Shown here: piece by piece, positions 10,312 through 19,051 of the stretch
Position numbering within the stretch: position 1 is the first letter of the stretch
How the letters are laid out: each line of letters starts with the position of its first letter
Source of the DNA: Aequorivita sp.
Lineage (GTDB): Bacteria > Bacteroidota > Bacteroidia > Flavobacteriales > Flavobacteriaceae
Reading direction: 5' to 3'
NCBI GenBank assembly: GCA_048268785.1
Contig: JBLWUV010000001.1
Coordinates: forward strand, 300,962-364,961
Length of the DNA stretch: 64,000 nt
The notes under the pieces: model-generated
Databases searched by the model: none
What the model was told of the DNA's origin: nothing
The model's input: the letters and a program-made list of their open reading frames with translations, nothing else
Made by a program: the position numbers and the translations under genes

Positions 10312-10370
10312 GTCACGCTGAGCCTGTCGAAGCGCAAGTGTGAAAAAGTCTTCGACAAGCTCAGACTGAC
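10312..10370. repeat. Palindromic intergenic element (REP-like hairpin)
   Basis: gtcacgctgagcctgtcgaag-N17-cttcgacaagctcagactgac. The core is a 13-bp stem with 1 mismatch, and the outer arms also pair partly. No U-run follows. Confidence 0.6.
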
Positions 10371-10605
10371 CTTCCTGCTTAAAATAAAAATTCACAGCTT
10401 CAAACCTTTTGATTTCCAAAAGAAAAACCTTATTTTTGCGCCCCTCTTAGCGACGAGTCAAGAATAAGAGGAATTGAAACAAAACAAAACAAACCCTTCT
10501 GTGGGATAGTCGCAGCAAAATCTTGTAACAGCGCAGAATACAAAGCATTGGTTTTTTTGAGACTTCCGTCTTCGCGGAAACGACAAAAACCAATTTTACA
10601 AACAA

Positions 10606-12456
10606 ATGGCTGATAAAGCAAACAAAGAAGAAGTGCAGGTAGAAGGAACTGCCGCACAAAACGAGGTAGCTACCAAACCTCAAAGAGAAGTTTCACTTAA
10701 GGAAAGCAATCCTGAAAAATTTCTTGCAGATTTCAACTGGCACAACTACGAGGAGGGCATCGACCCCATCGATGATGGCAAGTTGGAGGAATTTGAAAAA
10801 TTAGTAAAGGAAAATTTCGTTGACACGCTGGACGATGAAGTTGTTGAAGGAAAAGTAATCCACATTACCGATCGTGACGCCATCATTGACATCAACGCTA
10901 AAAGCGAGGGTGTTGTTTCCTTAAATGAGTTCCGTTACAATCCAGATTTAAAAGTTGGTGACAAGGTTGAAGTATTGATCGACGTTCGTGAGGACAGCAC
11001 CGGTCAATTGATTCTTAGCCACCGTAAAGCAAGGACCATTAAGGCTTGGGACCGCGTAAACGCTGCCCACGACGAAGGTACTATCGTGAACGGATACGTA
11101 AAATGCCGCACCAAAGGTGGTATGATCGTAGATGTTTTTGGCATTGAGGCCTTCTTGCCAGGTTCGCAAATAGATGTGAAGCCAATCCGTGATTACGACG
11201 TTTACGTGGGTAAAACCATGGAGTTCAAAGTGGTTAAGATCAACCACGAGTTCAAAAACGTTGTTGTTTCGCACAAAGCGCTTATTGAAGCGGATATTGA
11301 AGAACAGAAAAAAGAAATCATCGGCCAACTTGAAAAAGGACAGGTATTGGAAGGTGTTGTTAAAAATATCACTTCTTATGGCGTGTTCGTTGATCTTGGC
11401 GGTGTTGATGGACTTATCCACATTACCGATCTTTCGTGGTCGCGCATCAACCACCCGAACGAAATCGTGGAACTAGACCAAAAATTGAACGTGGTAATCC
11501 TTGATTTCGACGAGGACAAAACCCGTATCCAATTAGGTCTAAAACAATTGAACCCACACCCATGGGAAGCTCTTGGAGAAGAGTTGAAAGTGGGCGACAA
11601 AGTTAAAGGAAAAGTAGTGGTTATTGCAGACTACGGTGCGTTTATTGAGGTTGCCGAAGGTGTTGAAGGGCTAATCCACGTTAGTGAAATGTCTTGGAGC
11701 ACGCACTTGCGAAGCGCCCAAGATTTCGTGAATGTGGGTGATGAGGTTGAAGCCGTAATCCTTACTATGGATAAGGAAGAGCGCAAAATGAGCTTAGGTA
11801 TCAAGCAACTTACTCCAGATCCTTGGACCGATATTACTTCAAAATATCCTGTTGGTTCACGCCACAAAGGGATTGTTCGCAACTTTACCAACTTCGGTGT
11901 TTTTGTTGAACTTGAAGAAGGTATCGACGGGCTAATCTACATCAGCGATCTTTCCTGGACCAAGAAAATCAAGCACCCAAGCGAGTTTACCAATATTGGT
12001 GATGAGCTGGAAGTGGTTGTGTTGGAATTGGATGTGGACGGACGCAAATTGAGCCTTGGCCACAAACAAACGGAAGAAAATCCTTGGGATAAATATGAAG
12101 CCGAATTTGCTGTTGGCACCAAGCACACCGCTACCATAGAGGAAGTTGTGGACAAGGGCGCTACCGTGAAATTCAATGACGATATCGTTGCTTTTGTACC
12201 AACCCGCCATCTTGAAAAAGAAGACGGATCCATGTTGAAGAAAGGTGATGAGGCTGAATTCCAGATTATTGAATTCAACAAAGAATTCAAAAAAGTGGTT
12301 GCCTCCCATATGTCCATTCACAAGGAAGAAGAAGCGAAAATAGTAAAAGCCGCTGCAAGAAAGCAGGCTCAGGAAGCGGAAGAGGCAAAACCAACTTTGG
12401 GTGATGCCAACGCAAAATTGCAGGAGCTAAAGGATAGAATGGACGGCAAAAAATAG
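10606..12456 (+). CDS. rpsA: 30S ribosomal protein S1
   Basis: 616 aa containing six S1 OB-fold repeats (recurring G.V..I..YGAFV.L..GVDGLIH.S motifs). Confidence 0.95.
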   Translation: MADKANKEEVQVEGTAAQNEVATKPQREVSLKESNPEKFLADFNWHNYEEGIDPIDDGKLEEFEKLVKENFVDTLDDEVVEGKVIHITDRDAIIDINAKSEGVVSLNEFRYNPDLKVGDKVEVLIDVREDSTGQLILSHRKARTIKAWDRVNAAHDEGTIVNGYVKCRTKGGMIVDVFGIEAFLPGSQIDVKPIRDYDVYVGKTMEFKVVKINHEFKNVVVSHKALIEADIEEQKKEIIGQLEKGQVLEGVVKNITSYGVFVDLGGVDGLIHITDLSWSRINHPNEIVELDQKLNVVILDFDEDKTRIQLGLKQLNPHPWEALGEELKVGDKVKGKVVVIADYGAFIEVAEGVEGLIHVSEMSWSTHLRSAQDFVNVGDEVEAVILTMDKEERKMSLGIKQLTPDPWTDITSKYPVGSRHKGIVRNFTNFGVFVELEEGIDGLIYISDLSWTKKIKHPSEFTNIGDELEVVVLELDVDGRKLSLGHKQTEENPWDKYEAEFAVGTKHTATIEEVVDKGATVKFNDDIVAFVPTRHLEKEDGSMLKKGDEAEFQIIEFNKEFKKVVASHMSIHKEEEAKIVKAAARKQAQEAEEAKPTLGDANAKLQELKDRMDGKK

Positions 12457-12500
12457 CCTTATTTCCACAAATGTGGGAATCCAATCCTAATAAATGCAAG

Positions 12501-12528
12501 AGCCTCCCTTTTTAGGGAGGCTTTTTTT
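12501..12528 (+). terminator. Rho-independent terminator of rpsA
   Basis: agcctccct-tttt-agggaggct followed by T7. It overlaps the track's upstream ATG (12529) for the next ORF. Confidence 0.8.
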
Positions 12529-12612
12529 ATGGAGGCAATCAACTGCAAATACTTCTCCTTTAAAAACAAAAAAAGCGTATTTTTGCCTTCTGAATACAAT
12601 TCAGAACTTCCT

Positions 12613-13152
12613 ATGAGCCAAAAAGTGTTACTGAACGCAACCGAGATAAACATTGCGCTTAACCGTTTGGCCTGTCAATTGATCGAAAAACACGACGATT
12701 TTTCAAAAACAGTACTTATCGGAATTCAGCCTCGCGGTGTCTTTTTGGCCGAAAGGTTAAAAACCTTGCTTGAGGTGGATTATAAAATCAACAATATTAG
12801 GCTTGGTTATTTGGACATTACCTTTTTTCGTGACGATTTCAGAAGGGGTGAAAAGCCGTTGGAAGCAAACCAAACGAAAATTGATTTTATTGTGGAAGGA
12901 AAGAACGTTGTTTTTATAGATGATGTGCTTTTCACCGGAAGAAGCATCCGTTCGGCTTTGACGGCTGTTCAATCCTTTGGGAGACCTTTGGAAATTGAAT
13001 TGTTAACCCTGATAGACCGCCGGTTTAGTCGCCATTTGCCCATTCAGCCTGATTATCGTGGCAGACAAGTGGATGCAATCAATGGAGAAAAAGTAAAAGT
13101 GTGTTGGAAGGAAAACGATGGGGAAGATGCGGTGTATCTCGTAAAAAACTAA
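12613..13152 (+). CDS. pyrR: Bifunctional pyrimidine regulatory protein / uracil phosphoribosyltransferase PyrR
   Basis: 179 aa from ATG 12613 (MSQKVLLNATEINIALNRLACQL). PRPP-binding loop VVFIDDVLFTGRS. The upstream extension from 12529 would start immediately after the rpsA terminator and is not PyrR-like. Confidence 0.9.
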   Translation: MSQKVLLNATEINIALNRLACQLIEKHDDFSKTVLIGIQPRGVFLAERLKTLLEVDYKINNIRLGYLDITFFRDDFRRGEKPLEANQTKIDFIVEGKNVVFIDDVLFTGRSIRSALTAVQSFGRPLEIELLTLIDRRFSRHLPIQPDYRGRQVDAINGEKVKVCWKENDGEDAVYLVKN

Positions 13153-13155
13153 CGC

Positions 13156-13240
13156 GTAAAGACGCACGGACGTGCGTCTCAAGCGTAATGACGCACGGAC
13201 GTGCGTCTAAAGAGTAAAGACCCACGAAAGTGCATCTAAC
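13156..13240. repeat. Three tandem ~29-bp units, each carrying a GACGCAC-GGAC-GTGCGTC hairpin (third unit degenerate)
   Basis: taaagacgcacggacgtgcgtctcaagcg / taatgacgcacggacgtgcgtctaaagag / taaagacccacgaaagtgcatctaacc, lying between pyrR and pyrB. Confidence 0.8.
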
Positions 13241-13262
13241 CACATAATAACAAAACCAAAAA

Positions 13263-14198
13263 ATGGAACTAAGTGTAAACCACTTACTGGGAATAAAATA
13301 CATCACCGAAGCCGATATCCAACTCATCTTCGAAACGGCAGACCATTTTAAGGAAGTCATCAACCGCCCCATCAAAAAAGTTCCCTCGCTGCGCGACATT
13401 ACCATTGCCAATCTTTTTTTTGAAAACAGTACGCGTACAAAACTTTCTTTTGAACTTGCAGAGAAAAGGCTTTCCGCAGATGTCATCAACTTTGCATCTT
13501 CCAGTTCTTCGGTTACCAAAGGGGAAACCTTGATAGACACCGTAAATAACATCCTCTCCATGAAGGTCGATATGGTGGTGATGCGGCACCCCAATCCGGG
13601 CGCTGGTGTTTTTCTTTCAAAACACGTAAAGGCAAGCATCATTAACGCGGGCGACGGTGCGCACGAACACCCTACGCAAGCCTTGCTCGACAGCTATTCC
13701 ATTCGGGAAAAATTGGGCGATGTGGCAGGAAAAAAGATAGTAATCGTTGGTGATATTCTTCATTCTCGGGTTGCGTTGTCTAATATTTTTGCGCTACAAA
13801 AACTTGGAGCTACCGTTAAGGTTTGCGGTCCCAAAACGCTAATTCCTAAATATATAGAAAAATTAAATGTAGGAGTAGAAACCAATTTGAAAAAAGCGCT
13901 GGAATGGTGTGATGTGGCCAACATGCTCCGTGTGCAAAACGAACGGATGGATATAAGCTATTTCCCCACCACCCGTGAATATACCCAGCAATTTGGCCTT
14001 AACAAAAACCTACTCGATTCGTTGAATAAAGAAATTGTGATAATGCACCCCGGACCCATAAATCGCGGGGTTGAAATCACGAGCGACGTGGCGGACAGCA
14101 AACAATCCATTATTTTGGAACAGGTCCAGAATGGCGTGGCTATTCGGATGGCCGTTATCTATTTATTGGCTTCAAAAATTAAACATCATGAAGATTGA
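13263..14198 (+). CDS. pyrB: Aspartate carbamoyltransferase catalytic subunit
   Basis: 311 aa with motifs STRTK/R, HPTQ and HPGP. Confidence 0.95.
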   Translation: MELSVNHLLGIKYITEADIQLIFETADHFKEVINRPIKKVPSLRDITIANLFFENSTRTKLSFELAEKRLSADVINFASSSSSVTKGETLIDTVNNILSMKVDMVVMRHPNPGAGVFLSKHVKASIINAGDGAHEHPTQALLDSYSIREKLGDVAGKKIVIVGDILHSRVALSNIFALQKLGATVKVCGPKTLIPKYIEKLNVGVETNLKKALEWCDVANMLRVQNERMDISYFPTTREYTQQFGLNKNLLDSLNKEIVIMHPGPINRGVEITSDVADSKQSIILEQVQNGVAIRMAVIYLLASKIKHHED

Positions 14199-14523
14199 AA
14201 ACCACCCCAATTTTGTGGTCCTTGAGGACGAAAAGGACGATATCATTGATTTTTCATCATTTATTGAAAGTCAGGTACCTTCAAAATACAAAGGACAAAA
14301 TGTTGTTCTAAATCTATTGAAATACAAAACGTTGGCGCTACCGGAGCTTCTTCAATTTTTAAAAACTTCAAATCTTCACCGAAAAACCAAACAGTCTTTT
14401 GTAATAGTCAACGACGCTATTGATATTGACGATGTCCCTTTTGAAATGATCGTGGTGCCAACCCTACAGGAAGCCGGCGATATTATTGAGATGGAAGAAA
14501 TTGAAAGGGATTTGGGATTTTAG
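14188..14523 (+). CDS. Hypothetical small acidic protein, translationally coupled to pyrB
   Basis: ATG 14188 overlaps the pyrB stop (14196-14198). 111 aa, MKIENHPNFVVLEDEKDD.... The track ORF start at 14071 lies inside pyrB in another frame. Confidence 0.6.
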   Translation: MKIENHPNFVVLEDEKDDIIDFSSFIESQVPSKYKGQNVVLNLLKYKTLALPELLQFLKTSNLHRKTKQSFVIVNDAIDIDDVPFEMIVVPTLQEAGDIIEMEEIERDLGF

Positions 14524-14570
14524 ATTTTTGTTCCAATAACTATCGGAAGCCGATTATGGTTTTTTCAATT

Positions 14571-14643
14571 CACAATATACAAGTCACAACTCACAAATAA
14601 CAAAACGCAAATCACAAAACACAAATCACAAATCACAAATTAC
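14571..14643. repeat. C/A-rich simple-sequence tract ((A)TCACAA-type microsatellite)
   Basis: cacaatatacaagtcacaactcacaaataacaaaacgcaaatcacaaaacacaaatcacaaatcacaaat. Confidence 0.75.
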
Positions 14644-14681
14644 GATTTCCAATTCGTCAATCTAAAAATCGTCCCTCGTAA

Positions 14682-15587
14682 ATGAAACTAACAATCCTCG
14701 GATGCCATTCTGCTACCCCAACAGCCTTCGCGCATCCAACGGCTCAGGTGTTGGAGCTAAAAGGGCATTTATTTTTGATTGATTGCGGCGAGGGAACCCA
14801 AATGCAGCTTCGGAAATTTAGGGTGAAATTTTCACGCATCCGTCACATTTTTATATCCCACCTGCACGGCGATCACTTTTTCGGTTTGGTTGGGCTTATT
14901 TCTACCTTTCTGTTGCTGGGTAGGGAAGCCGAGCTCCATATTTACGGGCCAAAAGGCATAAAAGAAGCCATATTGCTGTTGCTTAAACTCGGAAAGGCCT
15001 ATACCAATTATCCGCTCTATTTTCACGAATTGGAGGCCAGCACGCCCCAACTCCTTTTTGAGGATGAAAAGGTTTCGGTAGAATCCGTTCCGCTGAATCA
15101 TCGGGTCTATACCAATGGTTTTCTATTTAAGGAAAAACCCGATGACCGAAAATTAAATGTCGAAAAGGCGCGCGAACTAAATATTGATTTAAGCTATTAT
15201 CACAAAATAAAACAGGGTTTTGATGTTGAGAATAGGGAGGGCAAACTAATACCCAATAAAGAGATAACTTTTGATCCGCCGCCACCGAAAAGTTATGCCT
15301 ATTGTAGCGATACAGTATATTTTCCTGAAATCGTACCCCAAATCCAAGAGGCCACGGTGCTCTATCACGAATCCACTTTTTTGGAAGAACACCACCATCT
15401 TTGCGAAAAAACCAAACACAGTACCGCCAAGGAAGCGGGCGTCATTGCGCGTAAGGCCAGTGTAGGCACCTTGATTCTCGGCCATTATTCGGGGCGATAC
15501 GGCAATTTGGAACTTTTTCGAAAAGAAGCGCAGGAGGTTTTCGAAAACGTTGAATTAGCCGAAGATGGAAAGACATTTTCTTTTTAA
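14682..15587 (+). CDS. rnz: Ribonuclease Z (metallo-beta-lactamase fold, tRNA 3' processing)
   Basis: 301 aa with the HLHGDH motif and typical RNase Z length and N-terminus (MKLTILGCHSATP). Confidence 0.9.
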   Translation: MKLTILGCHSATPTAFAHPTAQVLELKGHLFLIDCGEGTQMQLRKFRVKFSRIRHIFISHLHGDHFFGLVGLISTFLLLGREAELHIYGPKGIKEAILLLLKLGKAYTNYPLYFHELEASTPQLLFEDEKVSVESVPLNHRVYTNGFLFKEKPDDRKLNVEKARELNIDLSYYHKIKQGFDVENREGKLIPNKEITFDPPPPKSYAYCSDTVYFPEIVPQIQEATVLYHESTFLEEHHHLCEKTKHSTAKEAGVIARKASVGTLILGHYSGRYGNLELFRKEAQEVFENVELAEDGKTFSF

Positions 15588-15624
15588 AAAAATTATTGCG
15601 TTATCAATATAGAAAAACCAAAAT

Positions 15625-15673
15625 CAGCCAGCTCCCAGCATCACTCATCCACCACCCACCTCCCACCACTTCC
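15625..15673. repeat. C/A-rich low-complexity tract
   Basis: cagccagctcccagcatcactcatccaccacccacctcccaccacttcc. Confidence 0.6.
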
Positions 15674-15748
15674 AATTTTAATACATATTTAATAAGCCAC
15701 TATTTTTTAACATCCCCAAAACGCTTAACTTGCGTTAAAACTTAAATC

Positions 15749-16393
15749 ATGGCAGAAAAACTTCACGAATACCGAAAATCCTACGAAAAGGGCGAACTTT
15801 CCGAAACATCGGTTGATGAAAACCCGATGCAGCAATTCCGAAGTTGGTTTTTTGAAGTGAAGGAAAGCGGTGGCGTGGACGAGGTGAATGCCATGACCAT
15901 TTCCACTATGGGTCCGGATGGTTTCCCCAAGGGAAGGGTGGTTCTCCTAAAAAAATATGATGAATACGGTTTTTATTTTTATACCAACTACCAAAGTGAA
16001 AAGGGCAAATCCATAGCCCACAACAATCGCGTTTCGCTTTCCTTTTTTTGGCCGAATATGGAGCGGCAGGTAATAATCAAAGGCACGGCCGAACGAACTT
16101 CCGAGGCAGATTCGACCAATTATTTTCACTCTCGACCGAAGGGAAGCCAACTGGGAGCAGCAGTTTCACACCAAAGCGAAGTGGTGGCCTCGCGCCAAGT
16201 GCTCGAGCAGGCCTTGGCCAATTTGGAGAAAAAATATGAAAATAAGGAAGTGCCCAAACCCGAAGATTGGGGCGGTTTTCTGGTAAAACCCATTTCTATA
16301 GAATTTTGGCAGGGCAGGCCCAACAGGTTGCACGACAGAATTCGCTATACCTTAAAAGGGGAGGACTGGAAAATTGAACGTTTGGCTCCATAA
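15749..16393 (+). CDS. pdxH: Pyridoxamine 5'-phosphate oxidase
   Basis: 214 aa. The C-terminal signature EFWQGRPNRLHDR...W..ERLAP is typical of PdxH. Confidence 0.95.
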   Translation: MAEKLHEYRKSYEKGELSETSVDENPMQQFRSWFFEVKESGGVDEVNAMTISTMGPDGFPKGRVVLLKKYDEYGFYFYTNYQSEKGKSIAHNNRVSLSFFWPNMERQVIIKGTAERTSEADSTNYFHSRPKGSQLGAAVSHQSEVVASRQVLEQALANLEKKYENKEVPKPEDWGGFLVKPISIEFWQGRPNRLHDRIRYTLKGEDWKIERLAP

Positions 16394-16410
16394 ATCCTTG
16401 TTTTTCAAGT

Positions 16411-16450
16411 AGCTTAAAGCTTAAAGCTTAAAGCTTACAGCCTACAACCT
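16411..16450. repeat. Simple repeat (AGCTTAA)n ending in agcttacagcctacaacc
   Basis: agcttaaagcttaaagcttaaagcttacagcctacaacct. Its reverse complement shares TAGGCTGTAAGCTTTA with 25501..25551. Confidence 0.75.
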
Positions 16451-16468
16451 ATATTCTTAAAACAATTT

Positions 16469-16954
16469 ATGAAAACCCTTTACTTAGTCCGACACGCAAA
16501 ATCATCTTGGAAACACGATGTTGACGATCATGAACGTCCATTGAAACCGCGGGGCGAGCGCGATGCAAAATTGGTTTCCAAAAAAGTGGCCCAAGAAATT
16601 GACCCGCCCCAACGCATAATTAGCAGCGATGCGGTCAGAGCCTTGTCAACCGCGCGTTTTTTTCAAGAGGCACTTCAAATTCCGGCTACCGATTTTAAAA
16701 CGGATGCCGCGCTTTATGATTTTACGGGACAGCAGGTTATGCGGGTCATTAAATCGTTGGACGCTAAGCTGGACTCCGTTCTGATCGTTGGCCATAACCA
16801 CGCTTTTACTTCCGTTGCAAATATGCTCGGAAACCGCTATATTGAAAACGTTCCCACCTGTGGATTTGTAATGTTGCAGTTTGAAGAAAAAAATTGGAGC
16901 GAAATAACCACCGGCCGAACAATTAAAACCATCTTCCCAAAGGATTTAAAATAA
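16469..16954 (+). CDS. Histidine phosphatase family protein (SixA-like phosphohistidine phosphatase)
   Basis: 161 aa with the RHAKS catalytic motif near the N-terminus and a downstream GHN. The stop overlaps the ppk1 ATG (TAATG). Confidence 0.8.
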   Translation: MKTLYLVRHAKSSWKHDVDDHERPLKPRGERDAKLVSKKVAQEIDPPQRIISSDAVRALSTARFFQEALQIPATDFKTDAALYDFTGQQVMRVIKSLDAKLDSVLIVGHNHAFTSVANMLGNRYIENVPTCGFVMLQFEEKNWSEITTGRTIKTIFPKDLK

Positions 16955-19050
16955 TGACGGAAAAAATTGCAGCACATACCCACGTTCGCAATAAATATAA
17001 CAATAGGGAATTAAGTTGGCTATTGTTCAATGCGCGCGTATTGCAGGAAGCGAACGACACCAAAATACCATTGCTGGAACGCCTTCGGTTTTTGGGGATT
17101 TTTTCAAACAATTTGGACGAATTCTTCAAGGTGCGCTATGCTACCATCAAAAGGATCTTGGAAGCCGGAAAGACCGGTCGCAGTTTTTTGGGTGGCATTT
17201 CGGCCAAGGATTTATTGGAGGAAATCACCCAAACGGTAATAGAACAACAGGCCCATAGTTTGAACATCCTGAGCGATATCCATCAAGAGCTTCGCAAGGA
17301 AAATATTTTCATTATCAATGAAAATGAAATCACGCCCAGCCAAAGCGAGTTTATTTCGGAATATTTTGTGAGGCAGGTTAGCCCGGCCATGATGACTATT
17401 ATGATCGGTGAATTGGATGAATTTCCAAGCCTGCGGGACAGCGCCGCCTATCTTGCCGTAACGATGGTAATGGGCACCGATGACGCCACTTTCGAAAAAA
17501 GGCACAATTATGCCCTAATAGAAATTCCGAGGACCATCGACCGTTTTGTGGTGTTGCCCAAAGAAGGAGAGAAACAGTTCGTCATCATTCTCGATGACCT
17601 GATCCGGCATTGTTTGCACAACATCTTCAGCATTTTTAACTACGAGTCCATTTCGGCGCATATGATTAAGATTACCCGCGATGCGGAGCTCGATATAGAC
17701 AGCGATTTAAGCCGAAGTTTTATCGATAAAATTTCAAAAAGCGTCAAAAAAAGAAGTGTGGGCGATCCGGTCCGCTTTGTTTATGATAAAAGCATCGATA
17801 AGCGAACGCTTCAATTTTTATTGCAAAAAATGGGGATCGACAAAACCGATAGCATTATTCCCGGGGGCCGCTACCACAACCGACGTGATTATATGAACTT
17901 TCCGCGTTTGGGAAGGCCCGATCTTCAATACGCGCCCACGGAACCCTTGCCCATTCCCGGCCTGAGCCTTCAAGGGAGCCTGTTCGATAAAATAATTGAA
18001 AAGGACTATCTGCTGCACGCACCCTATCAAACCTTTATGTATGTGGTTAAATTTTTAAGGGAAGCAGCGCTGGATCCAAAGGTAAAAAGTATAAAAATTA
18101 CTATTTACAGATTGGCAGAAGTCTCAAACATTGCCAGTTCGCTCATAAACGCCAAGAAAAACGGAAAGGACGTAACCGTACAAATTGAATTGCAGGCGCG
18201 TTTTGATGAAGAGGCCAATATAGAATATGCCGAGCTGCTGCAGAGCGAGGACATCAAACTGGTTTTTGGGGTAAAAGGCCTTAAAGTGCATTGCAAAGTG
18301 TGCCTGGTGGAACGGTTAGAAAATGAAAAATTGATAAAATACGGCATCATAAGCACGGGTAATTTCAACGAAACCACCGCCCGTCTTTATACGGATTATA
18401 CACTTTTCACCGCCGATCAAAGAATTTGTAAGGAATTGAACAAGGTGTTTGATTTTTTTGAGGTGAACTATCAAATCCGGAAATACAACCATTTAATAGT
18501 TTCGCCCCACTACACGCGAAAGGCCATTTATCATTTAATTGATAATGAAATAAAAAACAAAAAAGCCGGTCTGCCCAGTGGCATTAAATTGAAATTGAAT
18601 AGCCTGTCAGACTTTAAGATGATCGACAAGCTCTACGAAGCCAGCCGTGCAGGGGTGAAAATTCAAATGATCGTTCGCGGCATTTGCTGCCTCATTCCGG
18701 GAGTAGCCGGTATGAGCGAAAATATTGAGGCCATCAGTATTGTTGGAAAATTTTTGGAACATCCGCGACTTTTCATTTTTGAGAATGCTGGCGACACGAA
18801 GGTTTATATTTCCTCAGCCGATTTTATGGGGAGAAATTTGGACAATCGGGTTGAAATTTCCTGTCCCATTTATGATCCTGCCATTAAACAGGAAATTCTT
18901 GAAAATTTTGAAATTGGATGGAGCGATAATGTAAAGGCGCGCGTTATAAGCGTTAAAAATGATAACGCCTATTTAAAGAACGACAAGCCACCCGTGCGCT
19001 CGCAGTTCAAAATGTATGATTATTATTTGAATAAACTTGAAGTAAACTGA
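16954..19050 (+). CDS. ppk1: Polyphosphate kinase 1
   Basis: 698 aa. N-terminus YNNRELSWLLFNARVLQEA is typical of PPK1, followed by two PLD-like C-terminal domains. Confidence 0.95.
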   Translation: MTEKIAAHTHVRNKYNNRELSWLLFNARVLQEANDTKIPLLERLRFLGIFSNNLDEFFKVRYATIKRILEAGKTGRSFLGGISAKDLLEEITQTVIEQQAHSLNILSDIHQELRKENIFIINENEITPSQSEFISEYFVRQVSPAMMTIMIGELDEFPSLRDSAAYLAVTMVMGTDDATFEKRHNYALIEIPRTIDRFVVLPKEGEKQFVIILDDLIRHCLHNIFSIFNYESISAHMIKITRDAELDIDSDLSRSFIDKISKSVKKRSVGDPVRFVYDKSIDKRTLQFLLQKMGIDKTDSIIPGGRYHNRRDYMNFPRLGRPDLQYAPTEPLPIPGLSLQGSLFDKIIEKDYLLHAPYQTFMYVVKFLREAALDPKVKSIKITIYRLAEVSNIASSLINAKKNGKDVTVQIELQARFDEEANIEYAELLQSEDIKLVFGVKGLKVHCKVCLVERLENEKLIKYGIISTGNFNETTARLYTDYTLFTADQRICKELNKVFDFFEVNYQIRKYNHLIVSPHYTRKAIYHLIDNEIKNKKAGLPSGIKLKLNSLSDFKMIDKLYEASRAGVKIQMIVRGICCLIPGVAGMSENIEAISIVGKFLEHPRLFIFENAGDTKVYISSADFMGRNLDNRVEISCPIYDPAIKQEILENFEIGWSDNVKARVISVKNDNAYLKNDKPPVRSQFKMYDYYLNKLEVN

Positions 19051-19051
19051 T

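Noticed and set aside
12496-12528. The 3' arm of the rpsA terminator (UUUAGGGAGGCU) as a PyrR-binding box controlling read-through into pyrR
   Set aside because: It only partly resembles the Bacillus PyrR box (..CCAGAGAGGCU). The motif forms part of the terminator stem itself rather than an anti-antiterminator, and I could not draw an alternative antiterminator fold. Too weak to claim.
13156-13240. Tandem 29-bp palindromic repeats as a possible CRISPR array
   Set aside because: The units are directly adjacent with no unique spacers. There are only 2.5 copies, and no cas genes are in the window.
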